From an uncultured Clostridia bacterium (GTDB lineage: Bacteria; Bacillota; Clostridia; TANB77; CAG-508), in the NCBI GenBank assembly GCA_944386705.1, contig CALXCC010000003.1:1-37723 (forward strand): 37,723 bases of DNA. Reading direction: 5' to 3'. The position numbers and the translations under genes were made by a program. Below, piece by piece: positions 9,382 through 18,798 of this stretch; position 1 is the stretch's first letter; each line of letters begins with the position of its first letter. The notes under the pieces were generated by a model. The model ran no database searches. It had not been told where the DNA came from and saw only the letters and a program-made list of their open reading frames with translations.

Positions 9382-11718
9382 ATGAAATTTATTGATAAAT
9401 TTTTAAAAGTTTTAAATACAGATAGAAATACATTTGCAACATATGTTTTAACTTTAATTTCAGTTTATTTAGCAGTAGATAGAATAGTAGAAATGTTACT
9501 GATGATTTTTACCGGTGTCTCTTATTCATATTGGGGACCAATTGAATATACTTTAGCACTAGCTTGTCCTGTTTTTGCATTTTTATTTTCTGGGCAATCT
9601 AAGTTTGCCAGCTCAAAAATGAAAAAGGTTACATTATTTTATGTATATATAATAGGTTTATATATAATAGCAATTTCTATGTTTACTCAGTGGCTAAATA
9701 TGGGAGCTTGGCTATTATTACTATCAGTTCCAAATTACGTAGAAATAATTACTGAATTTTCAGACTTAGTCACACCTGCAATGGTTAGTATTTCACTATA
9801 TTTACCATTAGTTACAATTTTTCCATTATTTAAATGGTTATACTTTGGTGTTAACGATAATCAAGATCGAGTACGTTCTATTTGGGATTATGGTGGAATT
9901 AGTTTAGCAAATAAAAAAGAAGGAAAAGGTCCTTATACTTGCGAAGTCTACCTATGTTACGACTATGAATACTCAAACACAGTTACTATTCCTGAATCAT
10001 CACGTTATCAATCTCTATTTGTTTGTGGTGGTTCTGGTTCAGGAAAGACATCTTTAATCTATGAACCATTATTTGCAAGAGATTTAGAGAAAAAATATTT
10101 CTTTAAAGAAGTTTCTAAAGAAATGGGATTTACTGCTTTAAAAACTAATATCGCAAACTTAAAAGCTCCTTATGATAATGATTATTTAAATACAAATTTT
10201 AATTTAAATATGTTAGTTCCAGTCAGTGGTAAAGAAAATGTTTATAAAGCTTATATGAAAAAAATGATATTGGGCTCTCTTGGAGATGATATTGTTTATA
10301 AAAATATTGGACTTACATTAATGTCCCCTGATTACGAAGAAATTAGTCATATGATTGATGTTTGTAAAAACTTTGGAATTCCTTATAATATAATTGACCC
10401 AAATAATCCAAATTCACTTGGCTTAAATCCTTTTGTATATGACAATTCTTCTAAAATTGCAGTTACAATTTCATCTATTATTAAATCTATGTACAATACA
10501 TCTCACAGCGATGTAGATGAAGCTTATAAAGAAGATATAGTAATACAAGCAATTGAAAATTTAGCTATTCTTCTAAAAGAAATGTACCCTCAAATGAATG
10601 AAGGAAAACTTCCTAACCTAGAAGATATGCTAAAAATGTTTACTAATTTCGAATTAATTGAAAAAATGTGTAAAATATTAGAACATAATGAAGAACTAAA
10701 AGAAAAATATAATGTATTATTAACTTATTTTAAAAAGAATTTTTACAAAGATGCGCCAGGAAAATCTAATATGGAAAAATACATTTATTCTGTTATAAGT
10801 CAACTAGATAATTTATTAAGAATTCCTGGTATAAAAAATATTTTATGCAATAGACATAACAATTTGAACTTTGATAAAATGTTAGAACAAGCAGAAGTAA
10901 CTTTTGTTTGTACAAGGCGTGGTGATTTAGGAGCTACTGGTCATAAAGCCTTCGGATTATTCTTCTTAATTGCTATGCAAAATGCTGTACTTAGAAGACC
11001 TGGTATTGAGGCTTCTAGAGTTCCACATTTCTTATACATTGACGAATTTTCTGATTTTATTTGTAGAGATACAGAAGCAATGTTTACAATGTATAGAAAA
11101 TACAAAGTTGGAAATATAATCTCTACTCAAAATTTACAACAGTTAGAAACACCTAATTTGCCTGTAAATTATAGAAATACTATTCTTTCAAATTGTGCTA
11201 GTAAAATATTTACTGGTAATGGAGCTGTTGATGAATTAGAATGGTGGTCAAAAGAATTTGGTAGTCATAGAGAGTGGTCATTTAGTAAGAGTATGAATAT
11301 GGATAAACTGGAATATGACCCTAAAGTTAGTGGCGTTAAATGGGAGTTTGTTTCTAATTTTAAGGCTGGAAAACTTCAAACTTTAGGTGCAAAAGAATGT
11401 GCTTATAAAATTAGAGGAAGTAATGGTAAACCAATGGTTGGTCTTGGAAGACTTAATTTACTAGAATCAAAATATAAAGAACCACATAAAGTTAAAACTT
11501 ATGATTTTGGAAAATATTCTGATAGTGTAACAACTGCAACAGAAGATGACACTTCTTCTGCAAAAAGAAAATTTGATTTTAAACATATGGATTTTAAAGA
11601 TAAAGATACAAATGAAATTAATCCTATCCAAATAGATAATACTGATTCTAATTATTCATTTGATACACAAGACCCAATTGTTTCTAATTCTAAAAAAGGA
11701 TTTTTTGGAAAAAAATAA
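9382..11718 (+). CDS. Membrane-anchored VirD4/TraG/TraD-like coupling-protein ATPase
   Basis: Several N-terminal hydrophobic helices, Walker A GGSGSGKT, Walker B HFLYIDEF, followed by RKYKVGNIISTQNLQQL and TILSNC. ATG 9382 follows AAAGGG. Confidence 0.8.
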   Translation: MKFIDKFLKVLNTDRNTFATYVLTLISVYLAVDRIVEMLLMIFTGVSYSYWGPIEYTLALACPVFAFLFSGQSKFASSKMKKVTLFYVYIIGLYIIAISMFTQWLNMGAWLLLLSVPNYVEIITEFSDLVTPAMVSISLYLPLVTIFPLFKWLYFGVNDNQDRVRSIWDYGGISLANKKEGKGPYTCEVYLCYDYEYSNTVTIPESSRYQSLFVCGGSGSGKTSLIYEPLFARDLEKKYFFKEVSKEMGFTALKTNIANLKAPYDNDYLNTNFNLNMLVPVSGKENVYKAYMKKMILGSLGDDIVYKNIGLTLMSPDYEEISHMIDVCKNFGIPYNIIDPNNPNSLGLNPFVYDNSSKIAVTISSIIKSMYNTSHSDVDEAYKEDIVIQAIENLAILLKEMYPQMNEGKLPNLEDMLKMFTNFELIEKMCKILEHNEELKEKYNVLLTYFKKNFYKDAPGKSNMEKYIYSVISQLDNLLRIPGIKNILCNRHNNLNFDKMLEQAEVTFVCTRRGDLGATGHKAFGLFFLIAMQNAVLRRPGIEASRVPHFLYIDEFSDFICRDTEAMFTMYRKYKVGNIISTQNLQQLETPNLPVNYRNTILSNCASKIFTGNGAVDELEWWSKEFGSHREWSFSKSMNMDKLEYDPKVSGVKWEFVSNFKAGKLQTLGAKECAYKIRGSNGKPMVGLGRLNLLESKYKEPHKVKTYDFGKYSDSVTTATEDDTSSAKRKFDFKHMDFKDKDTNEINPIQIDNTDSNYSFDTQDPIVSNSKKGFFGKK

Positions 11719-11723
11719 TTAGC

Positions 11724-11762
11724 AAAAAATCCAGTATATTTATATTAATATACTGGATTTTT
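11724..11762. terminator. Bidirectional intrinsic terminator
   Basis: AAAAAATCCAGTATATT...AATATACTGGATTTTTT between convergent genes. Confidence 0.75.
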
Positions 11763-11770
11763 TATTTTAT

Positions 11771-12619
11771 TTAAAAGCTAATTCCTATTAATTCTATTAC
11801 AATTCCTGATATCACGCCTATAGAATAAAGCAACGCTGTAATTTTAATATTTTCTTTGATTCCCTTATTTATCTTAAACAATACTGCAAGTCCTACTCCC
11901 GCTCCAACTAATAATCCTGAAATCATAGTTGCAGCTGTTATTACATTTTCTAAGTATAATTGTGTTAATATAACTGAAGCCGCACAATTTGGTATTAATC
12001 CAATTAGTCCCGCAATTATTGGTCCTAATATTGGGTTTAACTGTATGAAATTTGCTAATGTGTCCTCTCCTATGAAATGTATTATTGTATTAATTATTAA
12101 TGTTATTAATAATATAAAAATAAAAATATGTATTGTATGTTTTAATGCTGATTTAAAAATTCCTTGTTCGCAGTGGCAATGTTCTTTTTCGCATAAGTCA
12201 ACTATTTTTTCGTCTTGTTCTTTATTTTTCAATCTTAAAACAAAATCTATTATAAATCCTGCTACCATACCTATTAATAATTTTATTCCTAAAATTTTAA
12301 TAATTGTAATTGCTGGTACAGCTTCTGATATAAATATTGGTAGCATTTCGTCTGATGTAGATAAGTATACAGCAATTAATGTTCCAAGTGTTATTACTCT
12401 TGCTGCATATAGGTTGGTTGCTGAAACAGAAAATCCACATTGTGGAAATATTCCAAGTATTGATCCTATTGCTGGTCCAAATTTTCCAGATTTTTTTATT
12501 GCTTTTTTTGCTTTATCACTTGTTTTATGCTCTATATATTCCATTATTAAATAAGTAATAAATAAAAATGGCAGTAATTTTATGCTATCTATTAATGCAT
12601 CTTCTAAAACTTCTAACAT
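11771..12619 (-). CDS. Putative manganese/metal transporter membrane protein (DUF2899-like)
   Basis: LLPFLFITYLIMEYIEH, GIFPQCGFS, LSTSDEMLP, His/Cys loop CEKEHCHC, GLIPNCAASV. Start at ATG 12619 after GGGAG. Confidence 0.75.
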   Translation of the reverse strand: MLEVLEDALIDSIKLLPFLFITYLIMEYIEHKTSDKAKKAIKKSGKFGPAIGSILGIFPQCGFSVSATNLYAARVITLGTLIAVYLSTSDEMLPIFISEAVPAITIIKILGIKLLIGMVAGFIIDFVLRLKNKEQDEKIVDLCEKEHCHCEQGIFKSALKHTIHIFIFILLITLIINTIIHFIGEDTLANFIQLNPILGPIIAGLIGLIPNCAASVILTQLYLENVITAATMISGLLVGAGVGLAVLFKINKGIKENIKITALLYSIGVISGIVIELIGISF

Positions 12620-12684
12620 ATTTTTCTTCTCCCTTTTTTTCGTCTTTTTATGATAACACATTTTTTTCCAAAAGTAAAGAGCCA

Positions 12685-12990
12685 CTATAATCTAGTGGCT
12701 CCGGATTTTTTACTGATATTAATTAAGATGATGCTTTTAATAAATCTTCTGAGAAATTCATTAAAAGCATTTTTCTCTAACTGCTCTTTTTGAATTTTAA
12801 ACCTCCTAAAAGGAGTTTTTTGTTCAATTTCTTCAAATCCACAGATATGTATGGATTTTAAATTTTGAGCTGTACATTGCTTTTCTTTTAAAGCAATGGT
12901 TATAACATTTTGATCACCTTTATCGTCAAAAAAGCGATCAAAATCTATCTTTAATGCATTTAATATCAGTGATACGTAAGAATACTCCAT
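12685..12990 (-). CDS. Hypothetical protein, 101 aa
   Basis: AGGAGG RBS and a consensus promoter upstream. No motif recognised. Confidence 0.55.
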   Translation of the reverse strand: MEYSYVSLILNALKIDFDRFFDDKGDQNVITIALKEKQCTAQNLKSIHICGFEEIEQKTPFRRFKIQKEQLEKNAFNEFLRRFIKSIILINISKKSGATRL

Positions 12991-13018
12991 AAAATCCTCC
13001 TATCTTTTGTAGAATTAT

Positions 13019-13047
13019 ATTATACACCTTTTTAGGAGAATTGTCAA
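13019..13047 (-). promoter_or_regulatory. Consensus sigma-A promoter
   Basis: TTGACA-17 nt-TATAAT on the minus strand, upstream of the 12990 ORF. Confidence 0.8.
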
Positions 13048-13060
13048 TTTATGTTAAGTT

Positions 13061-14622
13061 TTTAAGTTTCGGTATTTTTAGAAAAATTGCAAAATGTTAT
13101 CCACAGAATTATGAAATTTCTGTGAAAATAAAGAAAAAACCTCAATATTTTGATATAGTTTACTTACAAACAAAAAAACTTTACTAAACAAAATATTGGA
13201 GGTTTTTTCTATGTATAATTTTACCACAAATACTTATCAAATGAAAAGAGATATCATTAATTTTTCTAAAAAAATTTGTAGTGATTCCAGCAAACCTCAA
13301 ACTAAGTTTGTTACTGATATGATTTATGGCATTTCAAAATCAAAAGATATCTTGCTATCCAGTATTGCTGATGCTCTTGATGAAGATATTAAAAAAATTA
13401 ATACCATAGAAAGACTTAGTGATAATCTAGCTTCTGATATTGATTCTTCTATTGATGATAGATACTGTAATTTAGTAATGGATTCTTTGGGTGATACCCC
13501 TGTATTTTTAGTCGATGATAGCGATGTCATAAAACCTCTTGGACAAAAATTTGAGGATTTAGGTATTGTTAGAGATGGATCTAGTAGGAAAAAGAGCTAT
13601 GAAAAGGGATATCATCATACTGAAATAGTTGGTTTAACTAAAAATATGAAACAACCTATTAGTATTTTTTCTAAAATACATTCTTCTACTCAAAAAGACT
13701 TTGTATCTGCTAATAGTATTACATATGAAGGTCTAGATAAAATCATCTCTTTGTTGAACAAAAGAAATTTAAAAGGTAGTTTCGTTCTTGATAGAGGCTA
13801 CGATAGTAATGATATTTTTAATTATTTCTTTTCTAAAAATCAATATTTTACGATAAGATTAACAGAAAAAAGAAAAGTATATTGTAATCATAGGTGGAAT
13901 AAAGTAACAACATTAAGAGATTCTTTCAAAGGAAAAATAAAGATGAAATTAATATTTCAAGGAGAAGAAAAGGAATGCTTTGCTAGTGTAACTAAAGTAC
14001 AGATAACAGCAAAGAAGAAATGGATAAATGTAATATTTGTGTATGGCTTAGGTGATACTCCAATGATGATAGCAAGTAACATTCCAATAAAAAGTAAAGA
14101 AGATGTAATAAAGATTATTAGACTTTACATGAATAGATGGAGAATTGAAGAATATTTCAAATTTAAAAAGCAAGAATATCATTTTGAAAATTTTAGAGTT
14201 AGAACTTTAAAATCAATAAATAATTTAAACAAAATGCTTACATATACAATAGGCTTAATTGCATTACTCAGTGAAAAAATAGGAAAAAGAGAATTTGTAA
14301 ATGATATAATAAAACGCTCCAAATCATTAAAAGATAATATATATCTATGGTTTTATCAAATCGCAAGAGGAATATATAATATACTAAAAATGGCAAAAAA
14401 TGGAATAAAAAATTGGGAATATGTTCGAAAACAAAAGGTATATGATGGGCAACTTTCTCTGTTATGAATCTAATTACATAATATGGTAACAACCTAATTT
14501 TAATTAGGTCTATTAAATGATGTTAAAAATAGTAGGACTGGTAAAAAATGTTTCAATATATACATATTTTACCAATTCTACTATTTTAATAAAATTATTT
14601 TTGCAAAAAACCGAAACTTAAA
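13061..14622 (+). mobile_element. IS4-type (DDE) insertion sequence, 1562 bp
   Basis: Perfect 13-bp terminal inverted repeats TTTAAGTTTCGGT (13061-13073) and ACCGAAACTTAAA (14610-14622). 10-bp direct repeat ATGTTAAGTT at 13051-13060 and 14623-14632. One transposase inside. Confidence 0.9.
13211..14467 (+). CDS. DDE transposase (IS4-like)
   Basis: FLVDDSD, VLDRGYDS and Y..RWRIEEYFKFKKQ (YREK signature). ATG 13211 follows GGAGG. Confidence 0.9.
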   Translation: MYNFTTNTYQMKRDIINFSKKICSDSSKPQTKFVTDMIYGISKSKDILLSSIADALDEDIKKINTIERLSDNLASDIDSSIDDRYCNLVMDSLGDTPVFLVDDSDVIKPLGQKFEDLGIVRDGSSRKKSYEKGYHHTEIVGLTKNMKQPISIFSKIHSSTQKDFVSANSITYEGLDKIISLLNKRNLKGSFVLDRGYDSNDIFNYFFSKNQYFTIRLTEKRKVYCNHRWNKVTTLRDSFKGKIKMKLIFQGEEKECFASVTKVQITAKKKWINVIFVYGLGDTPMMIASNIPIKSKEDVIKIIRLYMNRWRIEEYFKFKKQEYHFENFRVRTLKSINNLNKMLTYTIGLIALLSEKIGKREFVNDIIKRSKSLKDNIYLWFYQIARGIYNILKMAKNGIKNWEYVRKQKVYDGQLSLL

Positions 14623-14630
14623 ATGTTAAG

Positions 14631-15251
14631 TTATCTTCTTCTAAAGCATCCTGAAATACAACCTGTTCTTCCATTATCATTATTATTTGGTATTACATTA
14701 ATTCTTGCTGTAATCCCATTTCTATTGTTGCAATTTCCATTGTTATTTCCTCTACAGCAAATATTACAATTACAATTATTATTATTGTTATTATTTGAAT
14801 TAATTGTCAATAAATCATTGCTATTGCCATTACATCCATTGCTAGAAATTGTTAGTAAATTTCCATCTTCTGAATTTCCACAAGTACTGCTTATTGTAAG
14901 TAATTGATTCTCATTTTTCCTATTCTGGCACCACGAATTTCTTCTAGTTCTTCTGCAATTATCATTATCAGAATTATTATTGCAATTGCTATCACAGTTA
15001 TTATCACACTCTCTTAGTCGCCTTAATATTCTATGAATAATGCAAACTAATGTTGCCGTTATAAAACTAATTATTGTATATATAATTGTTGCAATCAAGA
15101 AAAGCAAATTTCCTACAATAAATGTGAAAACCAAGAAGATTGCAAATATAACTAAAGCTACTAGCACTGGAGATTTTAAAACTTTTTGTAGAGCTATTGA
15201 AATAATTATTGTTGCAATTGGCAAAGCAAAAAATATAAGTAAAATTTCCAT
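14631..15251 (-). CDS. Membrane protein (DUF2651/YbeF-like N-terminus) with Asn/Cys-rich repetitive tail
   Basis: About three hydrophobic helices followed by a low-complexity N/C-rich region with three LLTI(S/N)S repeats. AAGGAG RBS. Confidence 0.65.
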   Translation of the reverse strand: MEILLIFFALPIATIIISIALQKVLKSPVLVALVIFAIFLVFTFIVGNLLFLIATIIYTIISFITATLVCIIHRILRRLRECDNNCDSNCNNNSDNDNCRRTRRNSWCQNRKNENQLLTISSTCGNSEDGNLLTISSNGCNGNSNDLLTINSNNNNNNNCNCNICCRGNNNGNCNNRNGITARINVIPNNNDNGRTGCISGCFRRR

Positions 15252-15320
15252 ATCCTTCTCTCCTTTATTCTTTTACTATATTTTATGCTTTGCTTTTCAA
15301 TTTGGTTAACAAAATATCAA

Positions 15321-16060
15321 CTAATAATTCACTTCTACTAAATATAATCCTTGTGGCGGTAAGGTTTTCCCAGCATTTTCTCTATTTTTAGACTCTATTA
15401 TTTTTTCTATTTCTTCTGGCTCTATTTTTCCTAGCCCTACTTCTACTAAAGTTCCACTAATAATTCTTACCATATTATATAGAAATCCATTTCCTGTTAA
15501 TTCTATCCAAATTCTTTTATTTGGCATTTCTTTTACTTCTGCTCTATAAATTGTTCTAACACTACTTTTACTACTTGTTCCACTTGCTTTAAAAGCTTTA
15601 AAATCGTGTTCGCCTTCAAAATATTTTACCGCTTGTTGCATTTTTTCAATATTTAATTTCATAGGAATATGAGTTTCGAGATTACGATAAATTGCAGTTC
15701 CATATCTTGAATTATTTATAATATATCGGTATGTTTTATTTTTGCAAGTTAGTCTACTATGAAATCTCTCTCCTACTTCTTCTGCTGATTTTATTATAAT
15801 TGATTTTTTTAAATTGCTATTAATAGCAATTGAAATTTTTTCTATCGGTATATTAGAATTTGTCTTAAAATTAGCAACTTGTCCGTAATGCATGAACTCC
15901 TCTATCTGTTCTTCCTGATGCAGTTAAATTTACTTCTTCCCCTGTTATTCTTTCGATTGCTTTTTCAATATTTCCTTGGATATTTAGCTTATCTGGTTGC
16001 TTTTGCCAACCGGTTGAATTCTTTTCCATCATATTCTATTATTAATTTTATATTCCTCAT
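15321..16060 (-). CDS. truA: tRNA pseudouridine(38-40) synthase TruA; needs two +1 shifts at CGG (16010-16012 and 15883-15885)
   Basis: Skipping one C at each CGG gives [22 protein letters not shown]...ASGRTDRGVHAL-G-QVANF...GNGFLYNMVRII...PQGLYL, 245 aa with no other lesion. Confidence 0.9.
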
Positions 16061-16152
16061 TACTCTTCCCTCTTCTAATACGAAAAATAGGAGATATTCT
16101 AAATTTTTCATTTTATCTTATAATAATTTGAAATTTTTAGAATTACTCCTTT

Positions 16153-17073
16153 TTATTCTTCTTTCTTTTTTTCCTTTTTGATTTTTTCTCTTATTTCTTT
16201 TAATCTATTTCTTCTTTCTTTTTTCTCTACTGTAAATCTTTTTGTTACAACATTGCTAATTAGTATCTTTTTTAATACATCTTCTCTTACATCTGCAATT
16301 AACGTTCCATCTTTAGCAACTGAAATTTTTCCAGTTTCTTCTGATACTACTACTACTATACTGTCCGATTCTTTAGATATTCCTATTGCAGCTCTGTGTC
16401 TTGTTCCTAATTCTTTTGCTATATCTTTATCATCTGATAATGGTAACACACAAGCTGCTGCTGCTATTTTATTTCCTGAAATTACAACTGCTCCATCATG
16501 AAGTGGTGTTTTCGGTTCAAAGATATTTACCAATAATTGTGGTGATACTTCTGCATTCATTGGGATTCCTGTTGCTATTATATCTTGTATCTTTATATCT
16601 CTTTCCAAGACAATTAATGCTCCTGTTTTTGCTTTTGAAAGTTCTGTTGCTGCAATTACTACTTTATAAATATCTTCTTTTGTTTTTGTTGATAAGTCTT
16701 TATCAATTCCAAAGAATCTCGTTAACTTATTTGTTCCCAATTGCTCTAATGCACGCCTTAACTCTGGTTGGAATATAACAATTATTGCTATTACTCCTAA
16801 ATTCATTATTCCTGTTAATATCCAATTTAATATTTTTAAGTTTAATAAGCCACTTACCCAGGTTGTTATAATAAGAAGAGCAATACCTTTAATTAATTGC
16901 CATGCTCTTGATCCTTTAACTATTTTGAAAAAGCAGTATATTAAAAATATTACTATTGTTAAGTCTAATATTAAAGTTACTAATTCAAATGGATTTGTTT
17001 GTAATGATTTTATATATTCTACTATATTTTCTTTATAAAAATTTTCCCAATTCATTCCTAAATTAATTACCAT
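16153..17073 (-). CDS. cdaA: Diadenylate cyclase CdaA
   Basis: Three TM helices, FQPELRRALEQLG, PLHDGAVVI, GTRHRAAIGIS, VVSEETG. Confidence 0.93.
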   Translation of the reverse strand: MVINLGMNWENFYKENIVEYIKSLQTNPFELVTLILDLTIVIFLIYCFFKIVKGSRAWQLIKGIALLIITTWVSGLLNLKILNWILTGIMNLGVIAIIVIFQPELRRALEQLGTNKLTRFFGIDKDLSTKTKEDIYKVVIAATELSKAKTGALIVLERDIKIQDIIATGIPMNAEVSPQLLVNIFEPKTPLHDGAVVISGNKIAAAACVLPLSDDKDIAKELGTRHRAAIGISKESDSIVVVVSEETGKISVAKDGTLIADVREDVLKKILISNVVTKRFTVEKKERRNRLKEIREKIKKEKKKEE

Positions 17074-17089
17074 TTGTTTCTCCTTTTTC

Positions 17090-17224
17090 TTATATCAAAG
17101 CATATACAAGTGATGCAACCGTTCCTACCATCATTAATAATGCAAGTATCCCTGCCATAATCTTAACAAAAATTTGTCCTTTGTCATATTTATGTTTTTT
17201 TTCGATTTTTACATCTTTTTTCAT
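17090..17224 (-). CDS. Small single-pass membrane protein, 44 aa (not in the ORF track)
   Basis: GAAAGGAAG RBS. MKKDVKIEKKHKYDKGQIFVKIMAGILALLMMVGTVASLVYALI*; the stop abuts the cdaA RBS. Confidence 0.75.
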   Translation of the reverse strand: MKKDVKIEKKHKYDKGQIFVKIMAGILALLMMVGTVASLVYALI

Positions 17225-17313
17225 TTTATCTCTTCCTTTCAATTGGTTTCTATGAAATATTATAGCACATTTTATCTTTTTTTCAATTATTTTAAGTTAA
17301 TTTACAAAAGTTT

Positions 17314-18618
17314 CTATTCTATTATTTTAATAATTGAATCTTGTGGTTTTACTTTTTCCTTTCTTATCTTTATAATTTCTTTTAATTCTTTTTTTGCTTT
17401 TTCTAGGTCTTTGCTATTATTTGTATGTATATATGCCAAAATTTCTTCTTGTGCCACGTATTCTCCCACTTTTTTTTCTAATACTATCCCTACAGTCTTA
17501 TCTATTTTATCTTCTTTTCTTATTCTTCCCGCGCCTAAACTACAAGCTAATTTTCCAATATTTTTGGCATTTATTTCATAAATATATCCTGCTTCTTTGC
17601 TATAAAGTGGTTCTATAAATCTTGATTCTTCAAAATTTTCTAAATCGTTTAAATACGAAACATCTCCTCCTTGACTTCTGACTAATTCTATAAATTTTTC
17701 ATATGCTTTACCATTTTCAATATTTCTAATTAGACTTTCTTTAGCTTTTTTAATATCTTTTTCAATATTTGATAGTTTTAACATATATGCTCCTAATTCT
17801 AAAACAACGTCCTTTACATCTTCTTTCATTCTTCCTTTTAATGCAAAAACAGCTTCTTTTACTTCTAATAAATTACCTACACTATAACCTAGCGGTTGGT
17901 TCATATTTGTTAGAATACATACAGTTTCTCTATTTGCTAATTTTCCTATTTCTATCATTTCTTTTGCTAACTTTTCTGCATCCTTCAAATTTTTCATAAA
18001 AGCTCCGCTTCCAACTGTTACATCAATTACTATTTTCTGTGCTCCACTAGCTATTTTTTTACTCATAATACTAGATGCAATTAAAGGTATACTTTCAACA
18101 CAAGAAATTGAATCTCTTAATGCATATATCTTTTTATCAGCTGGCGCTAAGTTCAATGTTTGTGAAATCATACTTATACCAATGTTTTCCACATTTTTCA
18201 CAAATTTGTTTATATCTATATTTGTTTTATATCCTGGTATTGATTCTAATTTGTCTACTGTACCTCCTGTAAATCCTAGACCTCTACCAGACATTTTTGC
18301 CACTGGCACACCTAAAGAAGCAACTAGTGGCAACAAAATTAATGATACCTTATCTCCTACTCCACCAGTTGAATGCTTATCTACTATTATTTTATTAAAA
18401 CTAGATAAATCTAAAACTTCCCCAGAATGTGCCATAGCTAATGTTAAGTTTGCTGTTTCTTCTTTAGTCATTCCTTGGATATAAATTGCCATAATTAGGG
18501 CTGAAGCTTGATAGTCAGAAATCTCACCTTTTGTATATCCTTGAACAAAAAAATCAATTTCTTCTTTTGTTAGCTCTTTATTATCTCTCTTTTTTTCTAT
18601 TATTTCTAATATTGTCAT
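17314..18618 (-). CDS. pdp: Pyrimidine-nucleoside (thymidine) phosphorylase
   Basis: VDKHSTGGVGDK, KMSGRGLGFTGGTVDKLESIPG, LAPADKKIYALRD, SIMSKKIASG. Confidence 0.95.
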   Translation of the reverse strand: MTILEIIEKKRDNKELTKEEIDFFVQGYTKGEISDYQASALIMAIYIQGMTKEETANLTLAMAHSGEVLDLSSFNKIIVDKHSTGGVGDKVSLILLPLVASLGVPVAKMSGRGLGFTGGTVDKLESIPGYKTNIDINKFVKNVENIGISMISQTLNLAPADKKIYALRDSISCVESIPLIASSIMSKKIASGAQKIVIDVTVGSGAFMKNLKDAEKLAKEMIEIGKLANRETVCILTNMNQPLGYSVGNLLEVKEAVFALKGRMKEDVKDVVLELGAYMLKLSNIEKDIKKAKESLIRNIENGKAYEKFIELVRSQGGDVSYLNDLENFEESRFIEPLYSKEAGYIYEINAKNIGKLACSLGAGRIRKEDKIDKTVGIVLEKKVGEYVAQEEILAYIHTNNSKDLEKAKKELKEIIKIRKEKVKPQDSIIKIIE

Positions 18619-18629
18619 TTTTCCTCCTT

Positions 18630-18798
18630 TTGGTAATTTGGGTAATTTGGGGACGTTTCCTTTTGGACAAAATGTCCAATTAGGGACAGATCTCTTTGGA
18701 CATTTTTGAAATCTATATTTATATGATCGATACCTGTCCCAAAATTGACCAATTTTGGCTAATTAGTACCTGTCCCCAAACTGACCAAACTAACCAAA
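18630..18798. repeat. Cluster of four GGGAC-core REP-like repeats
   Basis: Two units on the plus strand (TTTGGGGACGTTTCC, TTAGGGACAGATCTC) and two inverted units (TACCTGTCCCAAAATTGACCAA, TACCTGTCCCCAAACTGACCAA) between rnhB and pdp. Confidence 0.6.

Noticed and set aside
9382-14622. Integrative conjugative element made of the coupling-protein-like gene plus the transposase
   Set aside because: The transposase is fully bounded by its own inverted repeats and target duplication; no relaxase, T4SS or integrase is present.
18630-18798. CRISPR array
   Set aside because: Units are divergent, partly inverted and irregularly spaced, and there are no cas genes.
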